Under the pieces are notes generated by a model. That model did not search any database, was not told the origin of the DNA, and saw nothing but the letters and a program-made list of their open reading frames with translations. A program made the position numbers and the translations under genes. Of a DNA stretch of 64,000 nucleotides, positions 46,006 through 60,300 are shown piece by piece; the first letter of the stretch is position 1, and each line of letters opens with the position of its first letter. The stretch is from Bilabrum cf. latius. Taxonomy: Eukaryota. The DNA lies in assembly GCA_965178125.1 (NCBI GenBank), contig OZ237751.1:434001-498000 (forward strand), given 5' to 3'.

Positions 46006-48108
46006 ATGAGGACCTCTCTGTCGTTACTTGCAGCATTTCTATACTCTGCCACCGCAATACATGGTTACGATTACGACGTGGTGATCTACGGCTCCACGCC
46101 AAGTGGTGTTGTTGCTGCTGCTGCCGCGTCATCTAGAGGGCAAAGCGCTGCAATCGTTGAACCCAGTGGCTATATTGGCGGTGAAATGGCTGGGGGGATG
46201 GTAGATGATTCTGTCGAGGGCACAGTGAAAGCGTACGGTGGTGTCGCTTCGCAGGTCTATTCCATCGCTGCGTCTCTGTACGGTGGCCCGAACGGCACTG
46301 CCTGCCACGCAGCAGAGCCGCACGTGATTGCCGCGGCCTTTAAGCAAATGATTGATACCAACAAGATCACGCTGATGCTGAACACCGAAATATGCTCGGC
46401 TGACGTTGCTGGGCGCGGCACTGCAAGCGCAAAGATCGCGTCCATCTCGCCGTGCGACAGCTCGCAGAAATCCGTCAGTGGGAAAGTGTTCATCGACGCC
46501 ACGTACGAGGGCGATCTGATAGCACTGGCCGGCGTGCCACACGCCCTGGGTCGCGAAGCCCGAAGCGATTGGAACGAATCGCTCGGAGGCGCGCATCCGC
46601 TCACGCACTCGTCCGCCATGGCATGCTCCTTCAACTTCGGGGATACTAGAATCGACCCATTCAACGAGTCGAATGGAGACCCACTATACATGGTGTGCGC
46701 GGGGCAGCGCGGCCAGTGTGCCTACAACGGAGGCAGCTCTGGCACTGCAGACGGCAAGGTCTAGGCATTCAACCTGAGGGCCTGCCTCACGCAGAGCAAA
46801 GCCGACGGGGTGCCAGTGGAGGCGCCAGCCGATTACGATCCCAGCAAGTATGAGCTAGTGCGCAGATACCTGAAAGAATCTCAGCACAGTGCGCACGATG
46901 CGTCGTCCATGGACCGATCCTCGAGCAGGCTTAGGGGGGCTGCAGCTGCGGCGGGTCTCCAGTTCGAGTCGACGAGTAGCAGCAGCAGCAGCGGATACAG
47001 CGGATAGGCAACGGGATCCGTCGGTTTCGCAGATCCGTGGGGCTGCCACGGCTACACTGGGGGAAAATGCGACACGAACGACCGCGGTCCCGTGACGATC
47101 AGCGGCCCTGTCGGGTGGCAGTTTGCGTGGGCCGAGAGAAACTACACGGGGCGGCTGGACCTGCTACGAGAGAACATCGATTTTGTGGCTGGGTTCTTCA
47201 CCTTTGTGAGCGAGGCAGAGGAGTCCGGCCCGGAGCTTCGCGCGCTTGCGAGCTCCATCCTGCTGTGCAAGGACGAGTTCCAGTCGAGCCCAGTGGGGCG
47301 GCCGCACTGGCCCTTCATGCCGTACGTGAGGGAAGCCAGGCGGCTGCAGGGACCCGACGTGTTCACGCAGACCGACTACGCGAACGCTGTTGGTGCGCCG
47401 GAGAGTATGCTGCCCCGGGGCCGGTCGGGACTCGGGTCTCGCTGGAACGTGTCTATCGGGCTCGGGTTCTGGTTCTTGGACTCGCATGACGTCCAGACCG
47501 TGCCTGCCAACGGAAGCAGCAGCAGTGCCAGCGCTGGCGGTAGGGACGCTAGCAGCTGGTACACCTTGAACGAGGGCTGCATCTAGTACGGGCGCGACAT
47601 CATGGACACAGGGATAGCGTACGGCCTGCCTTACGGCATCATGCTGCCGCCCGCGCCGGAAGAGGGCGGTTTGTGGACCTCTGGTGGCAGGGCGCATGAT
47701 GCTGGCAGATGGAGCAAGCATTCGTACAGGGGCGTAGCCGAGAGGAACCGATGCGCTGGCGATGACGATGAGCGAGGTGAGTCAGATACCTGCAATCACG
47801 ACCAGATGCTGCTAGCCAGGGCATTTGGGGAGAATGGTGGTGCCGTGCAGGAGACAGCTGGGGTGGGCAACCTGCTGGTGAGCGTGGCAGTGTCGAGCAC
47901 CCATGTCGGGTTTAATCCGCTTAGGGTAGAGCCCACGTACATGGTGCTTGGCGAGGCGGCCGGCAGTGCTGCCGCCCTCGCAGCCTCTAAGGGCGTGAGG
48001 GTGCATGACGTGGATCTGGGGGAACTGCAGGCGCATCTGCGCGAGGCTGGCGCGGTGGTGACCCGCGATGACATGAAGAAAAGGGTCCCGCCTACTGAGC
48101 ACTGCTGA
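46006..48108 (+). CDS. Secreted FAD-dependent oxidoreductase (FAD_oxidored/PF12831-like), about 700 aa
   Basis: Signal peptide. Motifs YDVVIYGSTPSGVVAA, KVFIDATYEGDL, GKV*AFNLRACLT, PYVREARRL, LDSH, YGLPYGIMLP and NLLVSVAVSSTHV...LRVEPTYMVLGEAAGSAAALA. 3 TAGs; ends TGA. Confidence 0.88.
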
Positions 48109-48234
48109 TTGTCGGCAAAGAATAACTGCCGGTGGGCTGCATAGATCAGCGTACTCGGTCGTATGCACGGCGGCAGAAGCTCGTGCTCGTAGTCTGCATG
48201 CGATTTCGAAAAGGATGCACATATTTTCTGCAGA

Positions 48235-49095
48235 TCATGAGCCTGGCCCGCCTGTAGGCTCTGTGCCTGGCACAGACCCGGAGGCTGCGGTGATGACCGC
48301 GTTTCTAGACGGACCTTTAGGAGCGCTGCCTTCGGACGCCGGCGGAGCACTTGCTCCAGCAGCAGCCTTGCTCGCGCTGCTCGCACCATCCGCCGCCTCG
48401 GCATCCTCTTCTCCCCCTTCTCCTATCCTGCCTGGTTCCGATTTCACGCCGTATTGCTCGGGCCATAGGAACGGGGCGGCCGCCAGCTGCAGCGCATGCA
48501 CGTAGTACTGCGTCCGGTCGATGAGCCCTCGGGTGAGCAACCCAACCGAGCCACCGCCGTGCTTTGAGTTGACCCTGCCAAACACGGCGTCATCCGCATG
48601 CCCAAGTTCCATTCCTTGTGCTAGCAAGTCGACGACCGGTGACGGCAAAACAAAGGAGCCGGTCCGAGAGCACGAGATCGCTTCGGACTCGACGTGCATC
48701 AGCGCCATCCATGCGAAGCAAGAAATCGCTTGAGATCCGTCTCCCATGCGTGTCGAAGCTGCAGATGTTGTAGCAGGTGAGCTTTTCTACAGTAGCCTGA
48801 GATTGCTTGAAAAATTCTCTCGCACTACTCCACCCTCGAGGCCAATGCTAAAGTTTGGGGTGAGGCCCTCTGCCTCTGCCATCTTGAGAGCAACTTCGCT
48901 ACGGTTCACTGCACCCTGTCTCGTTTCGTCATCTCCGACAGGCTAGTCCGGCACATCAGAAGGTGCGCTGAAACCGTGCACTTCTATGTCGGACCCCGGC
49001 CAGCACGTCTCCATGGCAAGCCTAGCAGCACGAACTTTTACAGGATTCTTCGATCCAACAGCGACCACAATTTTAGATGCTGCAGCAGACGACAT
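48235..49095 (-). CDS. Non-canonical purine NTP phosphatase (YjjX / NTPase_I-T, inosine/xanthosine triphosphatase family), about 286 aa
   Basis: VAVGSKNPVKVRAA, SDVPD*PVGDDETRQGAVNR, SIGLEGG, FAWM, SRTGSFVLP, GMELGHADD and GSVGLLTRGLIDRTQYYVHALQLA. 2 TAGs; ends TGA. Confidence 0.92.
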
Positions 49096-49232
49096 TGTTT
49101 CTGTTCGAAATTAGTCAACAATTTTTGAATGCAGAGGCCATGAAAATGTTGAGGCTGTTCCGAGGAGTGTGACGAGCCGACCATGACCAAAACACTGCTG
49201 TGCATGCTGCATGCATGCTGGACACAAACTCT

Positions 49233-51155
49233 TCATCCTATGCCATTTTCAGAACGCACAAATGCAGCGAGTACCCCAGCAAGGGTTCCACTTTCCTAGG
49301 ACCCATCCCCGTTCCCGTCGTCGCCGCTTGTCGTGTTCTTTGCCTCCTCACTGGCAGCAGCACCACCCACGCCATCCCCAGGTACCTGTAAAGGTGATGG
49401 ACCGGCGGTCGATTCTGAGATCTATCGCTTCCCACTGGGCCCTGTTGACAACACGGGAGTTGTTTCCGTCTTCCTCCTCCCCCTCTTCATCCCGCTCCCA
49501 CCCACACTCCCGAACATGGAGCTCACCCTGCTCTGCTCCCAGCACAGTATCATCTCGCGCTCGTCCGGGGCCACACACAGCACGTCGCAGAGCGACACGA
49601 GTGCCTCCACTCCTGCTTGTTCCCCTGACCTCCCCATGGCGGTCGCCAGCAACGAGCCGGCAGACCGCAGCCTCGCGGCAACGCCTGCAACAGCATCGCC
49701 AGAGGCAGCGGCCTGTGCCTCGAGCTTGCTCAGACGTCGCTTGGTCAGCTGCAGCTCCGCGCGGGCCTGCGCCAGCGATCCAGCGAGTCTATCCTGCATG
49801 GCTCTGGACGCTGTGCCATCCTATCCCCCTGCTCCCACTTCCGCCGTGCTGCCCAGCCCAGCACCCTGGGCGCGGCCGTCCACCGCAGCAGCCCGCACTG
49901 CCTGCTCCAGCGCCCGCTCCCGCCCTCTGGATTCCTCTAAGCTCCGCTGCAGCTGCTGCACTCGTTGCCTTAGACTAGCCAGCTCTTCGCTTCTTGGCTT
50001 CCCTTCCTGGTCCTACCCCACGGTCATGTCCTAACCCACCCCCTAGTCGGTGCTATTGCCTTCGACTTGCCCTGCAGCTGAGTCTAAGCCATGAGCACGA
50101 GCTGAGCGAGTGCCAGAGGAGGCTGTCACGGGTCTGTCGGTACCCTTACCGGATTCGCTGGACTGCAAGCTCGGACCCTCGTTGCCCGTGGCACCGCCGC
50201 CTCCACCCCCCTCCACAACCGCAGGTGCCGAGCTCGGGAGACCCAACCCCGACTCCCCGCTGACTTGATCTGTACCAGAGGTGCCACGGCCTGCAACCGA
50301 GCCTTGCTCTGATTCTGAGAGCCCTGGGCCCGTGCCCGTGCCTGTGCCTGTGCTTGTGCCTGTGCCGGCCAATTCGATTTCCTCCAGCAGAGTCCTTGCC
50401 CTGCGCGCCTCTGCCTGAGCCTGCGCTCGGCCTGCTCGAGCGAGCGCCGCGTCTTCCTCTGCGGCTATTGCGCGTTCCGTCGCCTACTGTAGGCTAGCTT
50501 CAGCGTCAAGCGCTCGTGATTTCCACATGCTAGCCTCTTTAAATGCCATCGATGCGATGGAACGCATCTCGTCCTCGTCCCCGCTCGTCGGCTTGGATCT
50601 CTTCGTTTCTGCAGGCCCATGCAGCGCTGTCACTTCCAGTCTGCCATGGCCTGCCACCTTAGAAATACGTTGCGTATCATGATTTATTTCAACACCCTGC
50701 TACTGCACGCCCTCTCCTGCATTGGCAAAAGCGGACGAGCTCGCAGTTGCCATCGGCTCGCTTTGCGGCGCCTTGCCGTCTGCCGCTGCTGGGTCTGCAG
50801 CAGGTGGCCCTGCGCTCTATGAGCTCTTGCCCGTCTGATTCATAAAGGTAGTAGCGCTGCTCGTGCCCAGGTGGCTGCTAGCATCGCCGCTTGCTACCGG
50901 GTTTGGCGCATTTTGTGCATACGCAGGCTCGGAGATACCTTCAGCCGATTCAGCATTCTTGGAGTTGAGCGAGTCTTCGTATGCCTGTAACCGACGTTCG
51001 ATCCAGCCGAGCCCTTTGCTTGATTCGTTGCTACCCGTAGTCTCATCAGTTAGTTCGGAGCTGCCAGCTACACCTTCCTCATCAGAAGACTCATCTACAA
51101 TTGCAGCTGCTAACACTTCAGCACCAGAGTATAGCTTATCCCATGCCTGTTGCAT
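49233..51155 (-). CDS. Hypothetical coiled-coil protein, about 640 aa (alternative upstream start at 51347)
   Basis: ORFs 50817-51347, 50043-50372 and 49422-49799 are one frame joined by about 9 TAGs. Heptad-like segments such as LASLRQRVQQLQRSLEESRGRERALEQ. Ends TGA. Confidence 0.68.
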
Positions 51156-51369
51156 TAATATGAATGTCTCTACACGTGAAAAGGCCACAGTATTTACTTT
51201 TAAGTTTGGAGGCCTTTTCGAGCATTGGCGAACGTTCATGAACTCAACATTAGATGCAGTGCACGCTGGTGCGAATGCAACGGACCGCTTCGCATTCTGA
51301 TGGGCTTTCGCCCGTGATCCGAATTGCAAATCATTTAATCGCGGCATTTTTCGCTATCTTGATCCTATC

Positions 51370-54300
51370 ATGTCTCTCGAAATTGACTCGAAGTTTGTAG
51401 ACTCCAGTATTGAGTCAGATTTCGATGATGCAACCGGCCTTGAAGTCGAGAAATCCCTCGGAATGTCAGCGGGTAGCACTGCTCTGCGTGATATAGGGTC
51501 GGATTAGGCACTTCTACCTAATCGTCGCAGAGCCGGTCTATTCCGAAACGCTGGCATCAGCGGACAACTTCACGATTCCCGATCCGAGCTCGGGCTGCAA
51601 GACTCCATGCTGAAGACAACCCTTGCTGGATTCAGGAAGCTCCATTCTGCTGGAGATGCTATTGTAGATGAGGTGTATGGATTACGAGCACATGCTCTAG
51701 CCAAGGAGGCTGATGTTCTTGTTGAAATGGATCGCCGTGGTGGGCGTCGCAGTGACGAGGTACGCAAGTAGCGCCAACGAGACCGGAATAATAAGCCGGT
51801 TAAGCAATCTAGGCGAGCCGTAGATAGACGAAGAATGAAAGCTGTGCGGCACCGATCCAGAGAAGGCGCCATGGCGGCCCTGCAGAGCCTCCTGCAGCAG
51901 CCGGCGGAGACGCTGGTGACAGCGGGTGCGAGCACCACGCGCCGGCGTACTACTAGTACTAGTAGCCACCGTGGGGACCGCCGCCAGCGATCGGACGCCC
52001 ACACTCGCGGAGCAGCCTCTGCTGATCTGGGTGCGTGGCTGGGGCACCCGGAGCTTAAATTCAACCGCAGGGACGCCGCGCAGAGATACGAAGCAGCGTT
52101 CAGGGCCGCGACCGCCCCGGGGTACAGCCCTGCAGAGGCGGCCAATGAGCGAAGCAGGAGCACGCTGGGACGAACAGTCGACAGTGGGGGTATCGCGCCG
52201 CACTTGGAGGGTATCGCGCCGTCAGAATCCTATCTATCGTCTGTTGCGATGGCAACCGCAGTGAGAGGCCGGCGCGTCGCGATGGAGGCGGGAGGCGGTG
52301 GGACAGGTCTGCCTGCACATGGCAGCATCGCAGGCAGCAGACAGAGCGTAGGACTGAGCTCCAGAGAATCCGTCGGCAGTTCCTAGTCTTTGCAGTCGAC
52401 ACTAGCTGTGGCTGGCTACCCAAGCAAACGGCAGGCGGTACCGTACTCTGGAACTCTCGATCGAATCATGCCACTTGACGGCACTGCTGCTACATGGGCG
52501 GCTGATAGCGCGGCTAGCTTGCCGCACGTTGCTAAAGCTAGGCTAAACGCACGCAAAACTGCGTTTGACAAGCAGCAGCAACAGCAGCAGCAGCAGCAGC
52601 AGCAAGTGTCAAACGGTAGGGTCATGGTCACTGGCGCTGCGGATGTCGATGCCGATGCCGAGTCAGGACTTGGATCTAGGTTTGAGCCGGGGCGAGACGC
52701 GCCGAAACATGCCTCGCGCTCAACTTTCCTCACTTCGCTGCAGGCAGAGTCCATCTCGGAACAGAGGGAACGGGCCGCGCCAGGGTCGGCAACTCCGGCA
52801 CGGCAGCGTGCTGCCGCAGCTGCTGCCTCGTCCCCTGACGAGCCAGTAGAGGAACAGTACAGCGTGACTACAGCCATCCATCAGTAGATAATCCAGCTGG
52901 CCATAGATGTCGCAGAGCGGCAGCGCAGGCGTCAGGGCAAGACGCATTCGGAGCTTCGGGCCATGCTCCAGCACCGGCCAGCCGTTGTGGGGGAGGCGTG
53001 CTGCCTGGCTCTGCTGGAGGACGCCATCATGCAATCAGAGTCACCCGTCGGTCTCCCAAAGACCATGTCAGCTGGAGACGGGGGCTTACATGGTGCGGTG
53101 GCAGACTGGCGAACGAAGCGCACGGTGGCCGGTATCAAGCTGCACCACGACGATGACGAAGGCAGGCCGTTGCGCAGCTGGTTCGATTTCCGTACGGCAG
53201 GCGAGGCAGGTAGGCTGCTTCGCCAGTCGCTTGCAAAACTGCCTGCAGGATCAAATGAAGCCTAGCTTGGGTTCTCGCTGAAAGGCACATAGTTGCAGGC
53301 CGGTGGACATCGCGATGAGGATAGCGTCTCGCGCCCAGGTGCTAGCCTGCAACCCAAGCCTGCAGGCGCGGAGGGAGGCCGCAGCACGAGCACGAACCCG
53401 CTGTTCATCGGGCCTGCATGGCTGCTAGAATGTGCCACGTGCTCTAGTGTTGAGGCAGCCGCGGCGACGACTGCACGGAAGCTCGCTATGCATGCAATGG
53501 CAGCCACTAACAGTCCTGGTAGCGGTGCTGAATCTGGCCAAAAGGGTGCGCCAGCTCAGGCTGCAGGTAGCGGCGCCGGCCCAACCCGCAGTCCGCCCAG
53601 ACCTAAGGAAAGAACCCTTTCTGGCGCTTCGGAAGAGGAATTACACCAGGGCCCGTCACCAGGCAGGGGGGCACGGGGTTCAGCTGCTACAACGTCGGCC
53701 GGGCGTCGTCCGGTGCAGACCCCACAGCCCGGCTCGACCACCGCCCGTCGATTGGTAGATGCCAGTCAGAACGAATTGGGGCACGCCGACGCTGTGCATG
53801 TGCTGGAGCGCGAGAGCACCAGGCTATCGCGGGTGCAATCGTTCCACGAAACAAGGCAAGCGGGAAGGTCGGCTCACCAGGGAAGTTAGGGAGTACGCGA
53901 TCGACCGCCCGGAGCACCTCGACGGCAGTTTGAGACCCAGAGCGCGGGTGGGGCGGGCATCAGCGGGATCGAGGATCCTGACGCTGTGCTGCGGATGCTC
54001 AAGGGCCCGCCAGGAACGGCCGAGATGTTCCAGGACGTGAGACAGAAGGCGGCATTGGTGGTGCAGCACGCCCGAGTGTTAGCAAACATCCGCGCGGCGA
54101 GGGGGTAGTTCATGGCGGGGCATCTCCACGGTCCTGTGGTGCTGCCGCTGGTGTTTGCTAGCGCTGCACACATGCAGCGCTTGGTGTTAGATCATGAGCC
54201 CGCCATGGGAGACGACGATGCTGTGCGGGAGAGTTCTAGCTTAAGGCAATCCGCTGGCCGTATGCTGTCGTGCGTGCGCAGTCTGCTCCAGTCGAGACTT

Positions 54301-57300
54301 CAGGAGGTTGCTGCGGGATCTGAATCTACGTACCGTTCTGTTCTGGCATCTGTGCTAGCAACTGTATCGCAGGCCGTAGACGCTGACTGGTCCCAGATTG
54401 CCGAGCTGTCGCGCAACCGCAACGAGTCCTTCCAGCAACTTGTGCAGGACGGGTCCCCGTTCCTCTCGCAGCAGGAGTCTGTAGAGCAGCTAGCAGCTGC
54501 AGTGCAGCCCCGCTCTCGTATTCGCCGCAAGCAGGTTGGTGTGCTGTTGAATGTGCTTGCAGCAGTGTTCGGTGGCGTGGGTTTAGAAGCACTCGGTGTT
54601 GCAAGCATGCGCAGAAGAGGGGCTGTGGCTTCACCGCATGCCCTCCGAAACGATCCGGTAGCCTTTGCGAGAGAGATAGCAGAGGAGAGTGGAAGCATCC
54701 TCAGGCAGGTGCTCTTGCTTCATGCCCAGAGCGGAGATGTTGACAGGCTGCTTGCCTCTGGGTCGAAGCCAGGCGCTGGTAGCAAGAGGTGGGGCACCCC
54801 GGGATCGATCCCCAGGCCTCCTTCACGGCCCCGAGCTCCGCCCCAGCGGCAAGGGCTCGGCGGGATGCCTGGCCTCAGAATCAATACGAATGCTCTCGAC
54901 AGAAAGGACTCGAATGTTTCGCAGATGACGCCCGGGGGCGGGCTAGGGCTGGGGTCGCCATCGGCGCATTTGCACAGGTACCGCAAGGCCATTGCAGCCG
55001 TCTCTGGCAAGCCCATCCGCCCGTCTCCTCGAGCAAAGCCTATGCTTCGCACCCTTAGCACAACGAGCATGGATGCACGGGAGTCTGCCGCCGAGCTGAT
55101 TCAATTCGATCCCAAGAGTCTGGTAGCTGTCCTGACTGGTAGGCAGCAGCTAACGCAAGCGTTGCAATCGCAGCCTCGGGGCAGTGCCATAGCCGGAAGG
55201 GTGCAACCTGTCCTGCTGGGCACGCGATATCTCACGCCGATTACATCGTGCTACAAACGTGGCGACCGAGTTGTTGTTCGAGTTCCAGGCCGAGAGTCGT
55301 TCCGGGGAACCGTACTGGAGTCGCATCCCGATGGCACCTACGACGTGAGGCAGGACAAGCCGCCTCCGGGCGACGAGCGCAGGCGGTTAGATAGAAACAT
55401 TGCCCGGCACAAGCAGGCATCGAAGAACCACGCGCAACCAGGATCGTCACACTAGAGGAGCTCAGCGTCGCTGGCCTCCTCCGCCGTCACCGGGCGAACG
55501 CCCGAATCCACAAGATCAGGTGCTGGCGCTCGGCCTAGCGTGCGCGCGGGCAGCCATTGCAAGTCGCCTTTGTCTGCAAAGCACTCGCAGATGCAGAACT
55601 AGGGATCCATGTGGGGCAGTGGTGACATTGACAGTCTGGCCCAGGGCAGCACAGCCTCGGGGTCGACCCAGAACACCTCACTAGCGCCTCGCACGCCCAC
55701 CGGTGCAATGACCCCAACAGCCAGGTCGCCGGGCAGGAAACTCACGCGCGAGAGCTCCATGCACAGAAAGTCTAGCTTCAGGCGGAAGCGTTCGTCAAGA
55801 AAGCTCGTTGATAGCAAGCCGAAACCAGCCAAACCCCTGTCACTCGCTCAATAGGCCAGCCGCATCTCCATCAGCACGGCCGACCTGCAGGTGCAGTCCA
55901 TGGTGCTGCAAGTGCAGAACCAAACCCCGGTCGCGTCACTCTTTGCGAGCGTTGGCATCTCTGAGAGGAAGACAAGCCATGGCAGCACGTACTACGTCGA
56001 GCTTGGGTTGCATCCAAAGTACATGCGAGAGGAGAAATCGGCATACCTGTTCGGCCTGCGCAAGATCCAGGCAGGCATGCGGCGCGTGCCTCTGCTGGCG
56101 ATGCTTCAAGCGATCGAGGACGATCCCTTGGATTGGTAGGCGTACGTATTTGCCGTTGATATATTGCTGTCCATGGGAAGGAAAGAGGAGGCATCTGCCC
56201 TTGCACAGCGGGCTGTTGCCCTGCACCCTCACATTTTCGAGACCCGTCGCGCTCTCGGGCTGGCCCACCTCAAGTGCGGGCACCTGCGCGATGCGGTGAT
56301 GCACTTGCGTGTAGCAGTGCGCATTGACCCCAGCAGCGAAGCGGCGCTGCAGCTGCTGTGGGAGGCCGAAGCGAAAATGAGGAACCTATCAAGGTCCCGG
56401 CAGAAGCAGATGCTCATGAACGCCAAGTACAGCCACGGGCAGCGACAGCGCGACCGCGCTGCCAAGCTTGACGGACTGTCTAGTTCCATATCCGGAGCGC
56501 ACAAAGTTTCTAAAGAAATGATGAAGAAAGGTACCGACGCTGCGAACCGTCTTGCACAGCGCTCTGGTGGCATACCTCTAGAGCAGCTCGAAGTGCCGGA
56601 CCCAGTGTCGATCAAGAACGTGATGCCTTCCTTGGCACGCCTGGTTTTGCTAGAATACGTGAAGCCCCTTTCCAAAGGGCCGCACGTGGCATTTGCTCAT
56701 GGCTCTGTCATGGATGCGCACGCCCTGCGCATGTACACCAGCGACATGTCTGGCTCGGCCTCTTATGCTGGCCTGCAGGCTCCGATCATGCGGCCAACCG
56801 ATGGACCGCACACCGGAGAGATCCTCAGGTACTACGGCTAGCATAGCATGGCTGACAATGCCTCTTCACGGTCAGACATAGCGAGTTAGGGCGGGTTAAA
56901 GGATAGGGTGCAGGCATTCGTAGCATCGGGGGATTTCGGATACCGTCGCGATGCATTCGTGTCAGCTGCTGGCAGGCGCGCAGTTGGCGGAGATGCCGTC
57001 GCTGCAGACCAGTCTGCCGGACTTGAGGTGGTGGCATGCCTCTCCAGGCACAGATTCTCTGCAAATCTAGTGGAGTAGTTCGCCGTGGCGAGGGAGGCTA
57101 GGGCGGGGCTTGGGCAATCAACGAGCAGGGTCAGCATTCAGTCCAATCCTAGGTCTCCGGCACAGGCTCAGATGCTCTCACCGTCGCAAGACCGACTGCT
57201 GGCAAGGAGACGCAGAGCTTCCCATCTCAGGCAGCGACTCGCTGCGATGCAGAGCGATTCGCTCGATACTGCGCTGGGATTAAATCATTCAGTTGCGAGG

Positions 57301-60300
57301 CAGAGTAGGCGAACCAGCGAGGCAGCGGCCTTCGACCCGGAGCTCTGGCTCCGCAGCGTGTTCAGCTCGGAGACGCGGTAGAAGACGAGGCGCGGACTTG
57401 ACAATCCCCTGTCCGGGTAGCACTCCAGATCGTGGAGAAAGCTCAATATCGTCAAGGAAGTAGGTGCGGCTGCCACGCAGATCCAGAATGTCATTCCCGA
57501 GGACGGCGAGCTGGACGTGTTTGGGCAAGATGATCACCTCGGAGACGTTGAGGCTGAGGCAAATCGGATTTGGTTGCTTCATGCGAGGGGTTCATCGTTG
57601 GATGAGGTAGGTGTCGCAGTTGAGACCGTGCTACGTCGACGGCCGTTGCTATCCATGCACGCTCTTCGTAACAGCTTGCGTGTTGTGCGCGAGAGGTGGA
57701 GCAGCAGGCAGCCGGATGCCGTCCATGAGGATGTGGATCGCTCCCGCTCCGATGGGAAGCCGACGTACGCCAACCCAGCCCTGACTCCCAAAGAGGGCCG
57801 TATGACTCCAAGGCACAAGCTCCAGGCAGAATCGATCATGTCGACCAGAAACAGAGCAATGTCAACTAGAACAAAGGCGCATTTCTGGGGCGATCACGCC
57901 CCAAGTTCCTAGCAAGACGGCATGTTGACTGTGCGGGGCATCCCTGGGGTGCAGAAGGCCGGCGGGGGGCAGGGGCAGCAGCTCGCTACCACAGTGCTCA
58001 TGGGTCTCGATGATGCTGCCAGGTCATCGCAGCGGTCGAGCGCCGGCGGGTCAGCCGGTGGCCGCCGTGGCGCCCGGCGGTCCAGCATTGTGGATGCTGC
58101 CGAGCGGTAGAAGCGGGACCGGAAGCTGTTTGCTCTGTTCTCTATGGCTTCGGCGGTACTTCCGCACGCGGGCCCGTCCAAGCATGCGCTAGCTCTCGTG
58201 CGAGTCGTCCAGCCGTGGCAGTTCGTCAGGCTTGGCTGGGTCGGTGAACGGATTCGGGCGCTTGCTGCCGCTTCGTTGCTAAAGCCTAACCGACCCACTC
58301 TGCCGAAACCTGTTCCTTCGAGGCGCCCGAAGCCCCCGGTGTCCCAGCGTCCGAACCGGGCTCTATCGAGGAAGGCCTCACTGCTGAGGCGCATGCGAGG
58401 CGCTGCTAGAACTGTGCAGACGCTCGTGTCATTCGGTAGCGCAAACAAACGGTCCAAAAAAGACCCGTCTCAACCTTCATTGGCGCCGAAGAGGTCAATT
58501 TTGTCCTAGATGGGCTCGAGCGTGGGTGCGTCGCCGACTGCCGTTGCACCGACCACCTCGGCCACTGGATCAATAGTACACCAAGTAGGGGTCTCCAAAG
58601 CCTCAAATGTGACAAGTGTTCGAGTGTCGGGCTCTAGTACAAGCAGCAACAACAAGGTCCTTGGCTTGAGCAGCTCCAAGAGTCCCGGATCAGGTGGGTC
58701 GCCGGAGAGTCGCTCGAGCAGCCCCGTGAAGGGGATTCTGAGGAACTCCAGCCCGAAAGCAGGTCCAAAGGAAGTGAGGTTGGCAGTTTCTCTTGATAAG
58801 AGTGAAGTCCCTGCGATTTCTGCAGCAATCGCGTCAAAGTGGCAGCCATGGCTGGCGCTGAAGCGCATCTGTGCGGTGCTGTTGGCCATGGCTGGCAGCG
58901 AGCTGGAGCCGGCCTGCGTCGATCTTCTAAACGCAGTGAGCGACAACACCCGGCGCAATGTGATCTCATGGCTACATCAAGAATATCGAAGAAGTCTCAA
59001 GAAGGGGGCCGCCGCCGGTGGTGGCATCGGCAGTGTGACCAGATCGAGACCCCTTCTGAAGCGGCTCACAAAGGTGCTCTTGGCTTCTATGCCCTATTCA
59101 TTGTCCAAGCGAGCAACAGAGGCGCTACAAGCAACCGACAGAGTCGGTCCAGGGCTATCGTTTGCAGTGGCAGACCAGGGCGCCGACCGTGCCATGCAGT
59201 TCATGGCAGGCTGGCTGCAGCCGACGATGCCGTCATGGTCTGCGGCTGACGCTGGCACCGAGACCTTCAAGACTAGCACCCAGCTTGTCTGTGGCGACGT
59301 GCTGGTGGAGGCGGGGACACTTGGAGCCGCAGACGAAGACATGCTGGAGATAACTCCAACGAACGCTTTCTTGGACGCCATCGATGCCGGCCTGGTCCCC
59401 GAGTCTGTCCCAGGCACGGCTCGCAACGTCCGCGATGCACTCGCTGATGCGTGGTCGCCCGTCTCAGATACGAGCGATGCTATCATTCCAAAGCACAACG
59501 CAAGCCAAGCATGGCTGAGACTAGTCCTTACTGGTGCTGACGAAGCCGAAGGCGAGAATGCATGGCACGATCGCGCGCTGGCGACTGACACGGTGCCCGA
59601 CGAAACCGTAGTACCGGCCCACGCAGTTGTGCGCCACGCGCGCGTGCAGGCTTGGGTCCGGGCTGCGCTGGACACAGAAGCAGCCGAACGAGTAGAGCGA
59701 GCCGCCGGAGTGAAGGCCGATGCGTTGTCTGCATCAGCCAAGCGATTCCGGTAGCACCACGCGGCCAGTGTGGCGGAGGCCGTTGGCATGCGGATCGATG
59801 TTCTGGGCGGTCTATTCGATGGACATGATGTGTCAATTCTGCACAGCTCGCCTTCGGTCGAGTCACGGATTTCCACTCCGCTTCGTCGAAAGACTGGAAG
59901 CCCGAGCGTTTCGGAGCTAGTCGCACAGACAATGTCCATGCGAAAGCGACGCAGTAGGCTCAGCATCGGTCTGCCGTCGTTTTGGGTCGGAAACGGCGCG
60001 CATCCTATGCTTGTGAATGGCATTCAGGCGAAAGGAAGCATGACGAAGGGGTCAAGGACAGACTAGGCCAAAGAGGCTGCGGCCCTCCAGCGCAAGCAAG
60101 CACTGCAGCAAGCAACTCGAGCCAGGTCACTCAGCGCTAACAGGGACGAACCAAGCTACCGGCCTTCAGGTGACATTGCAACGACGGAGAATGATGTACC
60201 GCCGGGGCCCATGGTAAAGATTCGTTCGTTCACTGGGGAAGTTTTGCGTGGAGCAACCCCAAGCGACCAGGTCGAGACCACGGAGGTCTCACCGCTCGTG

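Noticed and set aside
46762-46764. Pyrrolysine, or A-to-I editing of TAG to Trp
   Set aside because: The positions align with Gln, not Trp or a catalytic Pyl, and TAG is spread across unrelated genes. U-to-C editing cannot be excluded without RNA data, but it is less parsimonious.
51156-51347. Upstream start at 51347 for the minus-strand coiled-coil gene
   Set aside because: It would leave only 22 bp to the divergent ATG at 51370, and the segment is AT-rich like intergenic DNA. The ATG at 51155 is preferred but not proven.
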